The position numbers and the translations under genes were made by a program. A DNA stretch of 64,000 nucleotides from Escherichia phage MN01, in sequence record MT129652.1; one strand, 5' to 3'. This document shows, piece by piece, positions 55,624-63,362 of this stretch; position 1 is the stretch's first letter; each line of letters begins with the position of its first letter. The notes below the pieces were generated by a model, which worked only from the letters and a program-made list of their open reading frames with translations, was not told the origin of the DNA and made no database searches.

Positions 55624-55896
55624 ATGAAAACTTTCAATGAATTTTTCAACGAGTCACAACTGAATGAAGAAGTAAAAATTAGTAAAGCAGTCAAAGCTAT
55701 GATTGACAATATCAATCACCTGTATAGCATTGACTTAACTGACCATATAACAATTGGTAACAAACGCAACTTTTTCGCGTTTGACATTTCAGAACTTGAC
55801 CAGAACCAAATTAATAACATTGAGCGTTTTGCCAATGACAAGGGTCTTCGCCATGAGACGGCTGGTTATAAAAAATATGCAATTTATCTAAAATAG
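55624..55896 (+). CDS. internal-protein-like, capsid-targeting-sequence-bearing protein 2
   Basis: N-terminus MKTFNEFFNE|S. Confidence 0.65.
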   Translation: MKTFNEFFNESQLNEEVKISKAVKAMIDNINHLYSIDLTDHITIGNKRNFFAFDISELDQNQINNIERFANDKGLRHETAGYKKYAIYLK

Positions 55897-55904
55897 GATT
55901 TCAA

Positions 55905-56147
55905 ATGAAAACTTATCAAACATTTATAACAGAATCTTCCCATGGCATGGAAGTTAAACTTGGTCAAGCCCTTGCTGAAGCAGAGCGCCTGTTTGCACGT
56001 ATCAAAGAACTTGCTGATTCAGTAGATGCATCATCTTTTAAAGGCGACCAGGGTAAAGTTAAAGCTCTCCTCGCTCTTTGTTCAGACGCCGGTGAAATTG
56101 CTAAGAACGGCACCAAGATGAAAAAACGTCTGGAAGACTTAAAATAA
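55905..56147 (+). CDS. internal-protein-like, capsid-targeting-sequence-bearing protein 3
   Basis: N-terminus MKTYQTFITE|S. Confidence 0.65.
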   Translation: MKTYQTFITESSHGMEVKLGQALAEAERLFARIKELADSVDASSFKGDQGKVKALLALCSDAGEIAKNGTKMKKRLEDLK

Positions 56148-56148
56148 A

Positions 56149-56184
56149 GTATACGCGATGGGATAACTGCAGTATAATTATCCC
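56149..56184 (+). promoter_or_regulatory. early promoter with stem-loop (PeSL-like)
   Basis: GTATAC -35, 18 nt spacer, TATAAT at 56173-56178 inside GGGATAA...TTATCCC inverted repeat; leader TCAACTACTGGAGG. Confidence 0.6.
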
Positions 56185-56203
56185 ATCAACTACTGGAGGC
56201 AAC

Positions 56204-56458
56204 ATGAAAACATATCAAGAATTTATTAACGAAGCCGCAGATGCAAAAGTTGAGTTTGCTTATGTTGGTTCCCCGCGGGGTAGTTTTTCTAATGAGGAAT
56301 TGCGCCGTTCACTAGACAACTTTATGCAGTTAAGTGCTGAAGTATCGCATGATGGTCGCTATGACATCGTTACCATTAAAGGTTCTGAAGACCTTATCAA
56401 AAAGTGGCACAAGCAGAAAGATGTTGAGATGCGTTACTATCGTATCCCTAAAAAATAA
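56204..56458 (+). CDS. internal-protein-like, capsid-targeting-sequence-bearing protein 4
   Basis: N-terminus MKTYQEFINE|A, almost identical to the T4 IPIII targeting sequence MKTYQEFIAE as recalled. Confidence 0.7.
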   Translation: MKTYQEFINEAADAKVEFAYVGSPRGSFSNEELRRSLDNFMQLSAEVSHDGRYDIVTIKGSEDLIKKWHKQKDVEMRYYRIPKK

Positions 56459-56493
56459 GTGTACTTTTAAATGGGATAGTGTATAATTATCCC
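56459..56493 (+). promoter_or_regulatory. early promoter with stem-loop (PeSL-like)
   Basis: GTGTAC -35, 17 nt spacer, TATAAT at 56482-56487 inside GGGATAG...TTATCCC; near-duplicate of the cassette at 56149. Confidence 0.6.
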
Positions 56494-56515
56494 GTCAACT
56501 ACTGAGGGTCAAAAA

Positions 56516-56737
56516 ATGAAAACGTATCAAGAATTTATTAACGAAGCTAAAATGCATGACGAATTGCCGATTCAATCTAAAACTTTTGATGGTACACTGA
56601 AGGATTTTAAAAAGTTACCAAATGATAAATTGGCAAAACTTACAGGTTCTGTATCTGAAACAGGTGGTAAGGTTACTTTCTCTGCCCGTGGTATTGTCAA
56701 CCTTAAAAAACTTTTGAAAGCCGTTGGTGCTGAATAA
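56516..56737 (+). CDS. internal-protein-like, capsid-targeting-sequence-bearing protein 5
   Basis: N-terminus MKTYQEFINE|A. Confidence 0.7.
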   Translation: MKTYQEFINEAKMHDELPIQSKTFDGTLKDFKKLPNDKLAKLTGSVSETGGKVTFSARGIVNLKKLLKAVGAE

Positions 56738-56794
56738 AACAGTTACTGGTCTAGTATATCATAACCTAGACCTATCAAAAAGTGAGGAGAATAA

Positions 56795-56981
56795 AATGAA
56801 ACGCTGTGAATTAATTAGAAATGTTACTGCCCTTGTTGCTGTTACCGCTTTTGGTTTTAGCATGTTTGCTGGCTTTATGTTGAATATGCTTTCAACTTCT
56901 GAGAATATAATCTCTTTAGTAGTTGCATTTTTAATTGGTTCAATCTCTTTCGTTATGGATAAAATCTCTAAAGGTGAGTAA
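56795..56981 (+). CDS. small membrane protein (two predicted hydrophobic helices)
   Basis: ATG after GTGAGGAG RBS; hydrophobic segments. Confidence 0.45.
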
Positions 56982-56982
56982 A

Positions 56983-57372
56983 ATGTATAAAGTGTATGCG
57001 GATTATCAGGCAAATCCATCTGAAAAACCAGATTGTCAAATTGGGTGGGCACACGACACCCTGCTTGAGGCGGTAGATAAAGCCCAGGAATTAGGGTATA
57101 GTTATGTGGATATTGTTCAACCAAATGGAACAGTTATTACACTTGAAGAATTCAAGAATATCAAAACAAACTTTTTACTCTTTGCGGGTGATAGCTATTA
57201 CCCTCGTGGCGGTTATGATGACCTTATCGCGAAGGCTGCAACTGAAGATGAACTGCGTGATATAATTAAAGAAAACGAGAATAAACCTTGTTATGGTTCT
57301 AATCGCTTTGACTGGTGGCAGATTGTTAATGCCAATACCCATACTATTGTCGATGCAGGGACATGTGAATGA
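56983..57372 (+). CDS. hypothetical protein
   Basis: 129 aa ORF, tightly packed with neighbours. Confidence 0.45.
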   Translation: MYKVYADYQANPSEKPDCQIGWAHDTLLEAVDKAQELGYSYVDIVQPNGTVITLEEFKNIKTNFLLFAGDSYYPRGGYDDLIAKAATEDELRDIIKENENKPCYGSNRFDWWQIVNANTHTIVDAGTCE

Positions 57373-57845
57373 ATATCAAATTTGGACAGACCATCCCTAA
57401 AGGTTATGTGATTGAAATTGAAACCTGGGAAAATGATGGTGATAATTATAAAACCCAGACTGTATTTGGTGTAGAAGAACAAGAAATCCAACAGTACAAA
57501 TATATCCTGGAACTTTTCCATGGTTCGCATTGCAACAACCGCAACAAATGTGGTAATTCAGAATGGGATGTGGTTAAACACTTGGTTATCGCCCACATTG
57601 CATCTGGCGTAAAATCTGGCCAGTTGACTTATGAATTTTTGGATAAAGTTCTTGGTATTGCAGATTTGGAAGCCTTGTTGAATGACGATGAAGAAGCATA
57701 CTATTTGAATGAAGCCCTTACTGAGCTCCTTGGTATGGCTTGTGAATATGATGGCGATTTCATGCGTGTAATTTCGTATGTTAAACTATATATAATCGAA
57801 GAAGAAATCCAAATTCCATCTGTTAAAGCGCTTGATATGCTTTAA
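57369..57845 (+). CDS. hypothetical protein
   Basis: 158 aa ORF with ATGA coupling. Confidence 0.45.
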   Translation: MNIKFGQTIPKGYVIEIETWENDGDNYKTQTVFGVEEQEIQQYKYILELFHGSHCNNRNKCGNSEWDVVKHLVIAHIASGVKSGQLTYEFLDKVLGIADLEALLNDDEEAYYLNEALTELLGMACEYDGDFMRVISYVKLYIIEEEIQIPSVKALDML

Positions 57846-57965
57846 TAAAAACGCGTTATTATTAATAAGTACCCTCTATTACCAAAGGTTCTTCCCTCAA
57901 AGAACCTTTCATAATAGCATGTGCTATTAATCAAACTTACTTTACTTAATTTTACTTGAGGTGTT

Positions 57966-58235
57966 ATGTTAGTATTAAAATTAGCTTTTTACGACCCTAA
58001 AACAAAGACAACCACTACCAAACGTTGCTCTATCTCGTATGAGTGCCAATTTGGCGAAATTCAGCATCCAACGGGCGAAACCTTTATGTCAATTGGTTGT
58101 CCAACATTCAATAAAGTCAAATTAATCCCGTTGGTTAATACGGCGGCTTATCTGGTTGCACCAGAAGAAATGACTTATCATACAATTCAGCATATGGTTA
58201 AAGATGATAATGCTCCCGCTGGATTTGTAATTTAA
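57966..58235 (+). CDS. hypothetical Cys-containing small protein
   Basis: 89 aa ORF; GAGG RBS; ends 5 nt before the tRNA. Confidence 0.45.
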   Translation: MLVLKLAFYDPKTKTTTTKRCSISYECQFGEIQHPTGETFMSIGCPTFNKVKLIPLVNTAAYLVAPEEMTYHTIQHMVKDDNAPAGFVI

Positions 58236-58240
58236 TTTTA

Positions 58241-58316
58241 GGCCCTGTAGCTCAATTGGTTAGAGCATCCGGCTCATAACTGGCAGGTTTCCGGTTCAAG
58301 TCCGGATGGGGCCACC
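58241..58316 (+). tRNA. tRNA with CAU anticodon (Ile-lysidine type or Met)
   Basis: Cloverleaf by eye: acceptor GGCCCTG/TGGGGCC, D-arm GCTC-AATTGGTTA-GAGC, T-arm TCCGG-TTCAAGT-CCGGA, anticodon loop CTCATAA; anticodon stem imperfect. Confidence 0.6.
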
Positions 58317-58393
58317 CGGGGTGTAGCTCAATTGTATAGAGCAACGGTCTTCTAAACCGTAGGTTGTGGGTTAGAATCCCACCACCCCGACCA
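58317..58393 (+). tRNA. tRNA-Arg (UCU)
   Basis: Cloverleaf by eye: acceptor CGGGGTG/CACCCCG, anticodon arm ACGGT-CTTCTAA-ACCGT, T-arm GTGGG-TTAGAAT-CCCAC, encoded CCA. Confidence 0.8.
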
Positions 58394-58408
58394 ATTATTG
58401 AGGATATT

Positions 58409-58648
58409 ATGGTTATTAGTGAATCATATGCAGTTATGGATATAACCAATAACGAGCTGGTTTATAGCTTTGATGAGTTTGATGAAAATGATAAACAAGT
58501 TCCATGGTTTGCATTAACTGCTCCACCTGAGCATAATAAATATCTAAGTTTCCCGACTCGCAGATTAGCAACAAATTTTATGGAATTCAATGACCTTGAT
58601 TCCAATTATAAGGTTGTTAAAGTCAAATTAGCTATTACAATTGAATGA
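58409..58648 (+). CDS. hypothetical small acidic protein
   Basis: 79 aa ORF from ATG at 58409. Confidence 0.4.
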   Translation: MVISESYAVMDITNNELVYSFDEFDENDKQVPWFALTAPPEHNKYLSFPTRRLATNFMEFNDLDSNYKVVKVKLAITIE

Positions 58649-58649
58649 G

Positions 58650-58845
58650 AAACCGGGTCGCTACCGGTAAGTCGTCGGACTGAAGTTCCCTGTTTAAGGA
58701 CTGGCATCAATAAATCTTTACGATTTGTTGATGCCCCCTTATATCACAGCTGAAACGGCGCACCCTTTTACGGAGTTTTTCCAGAGCGGGCGGTGCGCCC
58801 GGTAGTATGAGAAATCCGAGCGGATGGTGCATCCGGTACTATGGA
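58650..58845 (+). ncRNA. candidate small stable RNA(s) downstream of the tRNAs (compare T4 rnaC/rnaD)
   Basis: About 200 nt without convincing ORF, several GC-rich hairpins (GGCATCAA/TTGATGCC, GGCGCACC/GGTGCGCC, CCGGATGGTGCATCCGG), directly after the tRNA genes. Confidence 0.35.
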
Positions 58846-58846
58846 A

Positions 58847-58854
58847 TATAAATA
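58847..58854 (+). promoter_or_regulatory. late promoter TATAAATA
   Basis: Exact TATAAATA about 18 nt upstream of ATG at 58873. Confidence 0.55.
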
Positions 58855-58872
58855 TTAACAACAACCCTAATA

Positions 58873-59268
58873 ATGGAAAACAAAATGCTTACATATGCAG
58901 AATTTTTAAATCGCAATACCATCACCGAATCCGTACTGACTGAAGCTGGTAAATTTTCTTTAGTGGCTCCAGAAAAAGCCGGTGTTTCAATTGGTGACCG
59001 TGTTATGTTCAAGAAACCAGTTAATGGAGTTTCTTGGGGTATCGTAACTGGGTTTGGCATCAAAGCTAAAGACGTTAAAAATGCCGCGGCACCTGGTGCT
59101 AAACTAGCTGGTTCCAAAGTTTCAACTTATATGGTTCGCCCTAAACAGTCTCCGGGTAATGGTGCTGCTGACTGGGTTGGCGCTCCAATCGAAATCGCTC
59201 GTGATAAATTCTTGAACATCACTGACCGTGCCAACGAACGCGCTGCAATGGCGTTCGCTCGCGGATAA
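58873..59268 (+). CDS. candidate internal (head) protein with divergent targeting-like N-terminus
   Basis: Late promoter; N-terminus MENKMLTYAEFLNRNTITE|S contains an I-x-E site; alternative start at 58885. Confidence 0.45.
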   Translation: MENKMLTYAEFLNRNTITESVLTEAGKFSLVAPEKAGVSIGDRVMFKKPVNGVSWGIVTGFGIKAKDVKNAAAPGAKLAGSKVSTYMVRPKQSPGNGAADWVGAPIEIARDKFLNITDRANERAAMAFARG

Positions 59269-59305
59269 GAACACTTGCCTTGCAGGTGGAACCCCGACAA
59301 GGTAT

Positions 59306-59336
59306 AGCCCCTTCCGAAAGGTTGGGGCTTTTTTTA
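59306..59336 (+). terminator. rho-independent terminator
   Basis: AGCCCC...GGGGCT hairpin followed by TTTTTTT. Confidence 0.7.
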
Positions 59337-59358
59337 TAAATCAACTAAAGAGAAACGT

Positions 59359-59913
59359 ATGAAACTGTTAAAATATTTGAGTTGGATTCTGTTAGTTCCA
59401 CTGGATTTTATCTCCATGATTCTGGCCGTTATCCTGGCACCATTTGTAGTCCCATTCCATAATAAAAAGACTGGTAAACTTCCGTTCGGGTTTGATTGGA
59501 TGATGACTTATGATAATCCGATTGATGGCGACCGGGGTCATGTCAAACGTTGGTCAAAAATCCGAAAATGGCCATTAGGTGTTTACTTCCAACGAGTAGC
59601 TTGGCTCTGGCGAAACAAAGCATACAATTTTGCTTACCACAAGCTCGGTCGTGATTGCAATTCAGAATTCCATTATAAAGGCAATCCTGATGTTGAATCC
59701 GGCTCCCCGGATAAAGCTCATCACGGATGGCTCTGGATGTGGACGGATAATGCCTGGGGTGTTTTTGCTTCTGTTCCTTATCTTAAGGTCGGTGGAATCA
59801 CCTTTTATCTGCGCGTTTATTGTGGCTGGAAGCTCAAGAGTCTTCTGTCCCGACCAATCCCTAAGGCTATGCTCGCCTTTCATATAAATCCGTTCCGCTT
59901 TTATAAGAACTAA
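59359..59913 (+). CDS. membrane-anchored hypothetical protein (N-terminal hydrophobic helix, Trp-rich domain)
   Basis: 184 aa ORF bracketed by two terminators. Confidence 0.5.
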   Translation: MKLLKYLSWILLVPLDFISMILAVILAPFVVPFHNKKTGKLPFGFDWMMTYDNPIDGDRGHVKRWSKIRKWPLGVYFQRVAWLWRNKAYNFAYHKLGRDCNSEFHYKGNPDVESGSPDKAHHGWLWMWTDNAWGVFASVPYLKVGGITFYLRVYCGWKLKSLLSRPIPKAMLAFHINPFRFYKN

Positions 59914-59937
59914 CAGCCCGCATTGCGGGCTTTTTTA
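59914..59937 (+). terminator. rho-independent terminator
   Basis: GCCCGC-ATTG-CGGGC hairpin followed by TTTTTT. Confidence 0.7.
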
Positions 59938-59973
59938 TACCCCGAATAAATTTGAAATTTTCTTCAAAAAGTA

Positions 59974-60020
59974 GTGTACATCCAGATTGACTGGATGCAT
60001 AATGATTCCATACTGAGTTA
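59974..60020 (+). promoter_or_regulatory. early promoter with spacer stem-loop plus conserved leader
   Basis: GTGTAC -35, CATCCAG...CTGGATG hairpin in the spacer, CATAAT -10, GATTCCATACTGAGTTA leader. Confidence 0.6.
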
Positions 60021-60054
60021 CACACTGAATCAAACAAAACTTTGGAGAAATAAA

Positions 60055-60480
60055 ATGAACTTCCTGACCCTGACTTCTGCATTCTCTGTTACCCGCATCA
60101 CTAACAAAATGGTTGCCGACGAAGTATGTGAAATCTGCATTCGTGAAGATGCACTTATTCATCTGACTTCAACCCAGATTGTTGCCATCGCCAAGTCCCT
60201 TAATTCTGAACTGAAGGTAAACACCAAACAGTCAAAAGAATCTATCATTGAATTAATCCAAGCTGAAATGATTGAATTCCCAATTGAAGAAGTTAAAGAA
60301 GAAAAAATCCAGTCCAAATCTGGTAATGCTCGTGACATTTGCTTCCAGGCATTTGCAGAAATTGATATGGCAGATGGTGCAGCTCGTCGCGCCCTGATTG
60401 ATGTTCTGGTTAACACCCATGATATCAAAAAGACTGTTGTTCAGTCATATGCTTCCAACTTCCGCAAAGCTCAAAAATAA
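60055..60480 (+). CDS. hypothetical early protein sharing a C-terminal module with the ORF at 60933
   Basis: 141 aa; C-terminal motif DGAARRALIDVLV...VQSYASNFRK. Confidence 0.5.
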   Translation: MNFLTLTSAFSVTRITNKMVADEVCEICIREDALIHLTSTQIVAIAKSLNSELKVNTKQSKESIIELIQAEMIEFPIEEVKEEKIQSKSGNARDICFQAFAEIDMADGAARRALIDVLVNTHDIKKTVVQSYASNFRKAQK

Positions 60481-60491
60481 TTGAGAAAAGT

Positions 60492-60540
60492 GTTTTACTT
60501 CCAGGTGGGATAATGTATAATTATCCCATACTGAGTTACC
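60492..60540 (+). promoter_or_regulatory. early promoter with stem-loop (PeSL-like)
   Basis: GTTTTAC -35, TATAAT at 60516-60521 inside GGGATAA...TTATCCC, leader ATACTGAGTTACC. Confidence 0.6.
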
Positions 60541-60562
60541 AAATAAAACACTGGAGAATAAA

Positions 60563-60859
60563 ATGTTTAACGCACCGGCATGGCACGCTACCCAAGCTCA
60601 AGAAGAAAACAAAGCAATCATTTCTGCTAAAATTGAAGCTCAACTGAATGAATTGTGCGAAACTGCTTCTGAAGAAGTTGTTGCAATCATCAAACAGTAT
60701 CCTGCATCCAACTATTCCCTGGCATGCATCAAAACAGAAATGGTTAACTTGTGGCGCAAGAATAAGAAAACTTTCTTAGGTATGCAGTACCAGGCAATCG
60801 CGTCTGCGGTAGTAAACATGTATGACTTTGAAGTTTATTTCCCAACTTCTGAAAATTAA
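60563..60859 (+). CDS. hypothetical early protein
   Basis: 98 aa ORF with own promoter cassette and GGAG RBS. Confidence 0.5.
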   Translation: MFNAPAWHATQAQEENKAIISAKIEAQLNELCETASEEVVAIIKQYPASNYSLACIKTEMVNLWRKNKKTFLGMQYQAIASAVVNMYDFEVYFPTSEN

Positions 60860-60860
60860 T

Positions 60861-60907
60861 GTTTACTTTGGAATTTAACTAAGACATAATGATTCCATAC
60901 TGAGTTA
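60861..60907 (+). promoter_or_regulatory. early promoter plus conserved leader
   Basis: GTTTAC -35, 18 nt spacer, CATAAT at 60885-60890, GATTCCATACTGAGTTACC leader. Confidence 0.6.
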
Positions 60908-60932
60908 CCAAATAAACAAACGGGATAATAAA

Positions 60933-61376
60933 ATGAAAACTTCAAAACTGGTTAAGTACGTTAAACTGGCATTAAACAACTCTTCTGAAGCTGAAGCACA
61001 ATCCGCAGCGCGTATGTTCTTCAAACGTCTGACAGCTGAAGGTATTTCATTTAACCCGGCAGTATTTGGTATCACTCGTGGCGAAGCTGCTAAACTGGCA
61101 ACTCTGGCAGGTAAAATTTTTAAAGGTCTGAATGATGGACAGGTTAAACCAGAAGTTAAACCTACTCCTAAAGCTGAACCAAAAGCTGAACGTAAGGCAC
61201 CTAAACGCTCCGGTATGAGCAACAAAGATTTATGCTATGATATGTTCAAAACTGTTAATATGTCTAATGGTGCTGCTCGCAGAGCTGTTATTGATATGAT
61301 TGTGCGTGAGTTTGGATTCAACAAAGCATCAGTTCAGTCTTATGCTTCCAACTTCCGCAAAGAATTTGAAATTTAA
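60933..61376 (+). CDS. hypothetical early protein, Lys/Ala-rich linker, shared C-terminal module
   Basis: 147 aa; C-terminal motif NGAARRAVIDMIV...VQSYASNFRK paralogous to the ORF at 60055. Confidence 0.5.
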   Translation: MKTSKLVKYVKLALNNSSEAEAQSAARMFFKRLTAEGISFNPAVFGITRGEAAKLATLAGKIFKGLNDGQVKPEVKPTPKAEPKAERKAPKRSGMSNKDLCYDMFKTVNMSNGAARRAVIDMIVREFGFNKASVQSYASNFRKEFEI

Positions 61377-61384
61377 TTCAAAAA

Positions 61385-61435
61385 GGGGGTATACAAGCCC
61401 CCTGCTTTAAGGCATAATGATTCCATACTGAGTTA
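61385..61435 (+). promoter_or_regulatory. stem-loop plus early promoter plus conserved leader (PeSL-like)
   Basis: GGGGGTATACAAGCCCCC hairpin containing a GTATAC -35-like element, CATAAT at 61413-61418, GATTCCATACTGAGTTACC leader. Confidence 0.55.
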
Positions 61436-61459
61436 CCAAATAAAACACTGGAGAATAAA

Positions 61460-61765
61460 ATGAAATTCATCATCAACCTGGCGCTTGTTGACTTTGATAA
61501 AACTGGTAATTTCGCATCTGCTGAAAATATGATTCGTAACACCAAGTTTAAAGTGCAAGTCCAACAGGCGGTAGCAAAAGAGTTCTTTACTGATAAATTA
61601 ACTAACGTTGTTAATCACCTGAATGTGCAAGTTAAATTCACTCGTGAAGCGGAAACTACTGTTGCATTTGATTTTGACTGCCAATACCATGATGAATATG
61701 TTCGCCGCATCCTGGATATTGTGTCTGATGAACTTTACTATGGTGTGCAGGAAAACAAAATCTAA
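61460..61765 (+). CDS. hypothetical early protein
   Basis: 101 aa ORF downstream of promoter cassette. Confidence 0.5.
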   Translation: MKFIINLALVDFDKTGNFASAENMIRNTKFKVQVQQAVAKEFFTDKLTNVVNHLNVQVKFTREAETTVAFDFDCQYHDEYVRRILDIVSDELYYGVQENKI

Positions 61766-61776
61766 ATTAGTGCTTT

Positions 61777-61810
61777 AATGGGAACATGATAGTATGTTCC
61801 CTGGATAATA
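61777..61810 (+). promoter_or_regulatory. candidate middle promoter with stem-loop
   Basis: GTGCTTTAA MotA-box-like element, about 12 nt spacer, TAGTAT inside GGGAACAT...ATGTTCCC inverted repeat. Confidence 0.4.
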
Positions 61811-61837
61811 AAACATTAACCAACTGAAGGAAATACC

Positions 61838-62431
61838 ATGAATACTTTAAAGAAACTTGTTGAATTCATCCGCTCCAAACTGGGTACTGCAATGGCAAAA
61901 AACCTGTCTATTGAAGACCAATATACTCAAGCGGCGTCTACCCTGATTGACAAGATTACTGAGCTCCAGACTGCCCATGTTAAGTCTGTTAATGAAGAAA
62001 AACGCATTCGTGAGTTGGCAAATGAAAAAGACCAGCTCGCTGCTTCAAAAGAGCGTGAAATCCGCAAACTGATTGCTGATGGTGCGGATGTCCAGGTCCA
62101 TGCTAAACTGGGTCTCCTGTATCGCCGCACTGCTAAACAACTTCGTAAGAAGGCAGATGATTATGTTGAAATGCGTAATGAAATTAAATTGAAAGTTAAA
62201 GAGCTGGATGATTCTCGTCAGGAACTAGCTGTTAAACTGGAATACATCCGCGAAACCCGTAAAGTATCTGCCCTGGGTATTGCGACTGCAGATGATGTTG
62301 TTGAAATCGCTGCATTGACTAAGATTGATATTGAAGACACCCTGATGCGTGTTGAAACCTTCAAAGGCTCACAGGTTGGTGTGGATACCACGTCCGCTGA
62401 CATTGAAGAATACATCAATTCACTTAAGTAA
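61838..62431 (+). CDS. hypothetical coiled-coil protein
   Basis: 197 aa ORF, heptad-like charged repeats; GAAGGAAA RBS. Confidence 0.5.
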   Translation: MNTLKKLVEFIRSKLGTAMAKNLSIEDQYTQAASTLIDKITELQTAHVKSVNEEKRIRELANEKDQLAASKEREIRKLIADGADVQVHAKLGLLYRRTAKQLRKKADDYVEMRNEIKLKVKELDDSRQELAVKLEYIRETRKVSALGIATADDVVEIAALTKIDIEDTLMRVETFKGSQVGVDTTSADIEEYINSLK

Positions 62432-62437
62432 GATAAA

Positions 62438-62452
62438 GGGGGCAAAGCCCCC
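62438..62452 (+). other. GC hairpin (weak terminator)
   Basis: GGGGGCAAAGCCCCC without a clear T-run. Confidence 0.35.
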
Positions 62453-62473
62453 TAATTGGGAGAGGAGAATATT

Positions 62474-63028
62474 ATGAGCTTATATACTGACCTTATATCA
62501 AATGTAGATTGGTTTGGTGGGAGCGGTCTTGCCACTGAAACTAACACAGTTCTTTATAGAATCCGTGGTGACCTGGGTTATTCCAATGATTTCTTAAGAA
62601 GAACAACTAGTCGCGGCGATACTACCAAATTGCCTTTTATTTTTGCTTTAGCTGAAGACCTTTCTTTCGCAGATGCCTTGGAAATTATTGACGTGAATCT
62701 GGGTATTCAACGAGTGGAATTCGGTGGGCTGAGTTATTCAGTATATGCTTTAAACGAACCTAACGATTATAAACAACTTATTAATGCGGCTGATGATGAT
62801 CATTTGGTATGTTATTTGATGTTAGAAAATGGTGACCACTTTGGAATGGTTGACCGTCGTCCAACTTATACTGATATTAAAAATTATGATAAAGACGAGC
62901 TTATTATTTTAGCTGATGAATACACATTAGAGAGTCGTAAACAAAAACGGAAGCTTAACCGTTTTATTGCTGAATGTCGTGAATATGCTAAAGGGGTTCA
63001 AAATGCGAACGCTATATCTGCCAAGTAA
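62474..63028 (+). CDS. hypothetical protein
   Basis: 184 aa from ATG at 62474 after GGGAGAGGAG RBS. Confidence 0.5.
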   Translation: MSLYTDLISNVDWFGGSGLATETNTVLYRIRGDLGYSNDFLRRTTSRGDTTKLPFIFALAEDLSFADALEIIDVNLGIQRVEFGGLSYSVYALNEPNDYKQLINAADDDHLVCYLMLENGDHFGMVDRRPTYTDIKNYDKDELIILADEYTLESRKQKRKLNRFIAECREYAKGVQNANAISAK

Positions 63029-63362
63029 ACCAGAAAAATTTGTATATGCAGACAAGATTGATAAAGACCTTATGCCAGCATTTGCAGGTCTGTCTATGTG
63101 CATCGTTGGAATTATAATGATGGTGGTTTGTGGGGATATGAATATTGTTAGTGCTAACATTGCCTGGACACTAACAATTTTAACTCCTTTTATTACAGTC
63201 CTGATTATGCTATTGATAAATGTGTGGCATCAAAATCATATGAATAAAGGATATCGTGGGCGAGTTAAAGAGTGGAAACAAAAATGTGTTTCCCTACAAG
63301 AAGAGCACAAAATTAAATGTGTCGAAGAATTTATTAAGGAGGTTCGTAATGGAACGGCCTAG
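63003..63362 (+). CDS. small membrane protein (two hydrophobic helices)
   Basis: ATG at 63003 inside the 3' end of the upstream gene; hydrophobic segments. Confidence 0.45.
   Translation: MRTLYLPSKPEKFVYADKIDKDLMPAFAGLSMCIVGIIMMVVCGDMNIVSANIAWTLTILTPFITVLIMLLINVWHQNHMNKGYRGRVKEWKQKCVSLQEEHKIKCVEEFIKEVRNGTA

Noticed and set aside
58252-58449. 65 aa minus-strand ORF
   Set aside because: Lies across the two tRNA genes; the sequence is better explained as tRNA.
61385-61402. Rho-independent terminator after the ORF ending at 61376
   Set aside because: The hairpin is not followed by a T-run; it more likely belongs to the stem-loop promoter cassette of the next gene.
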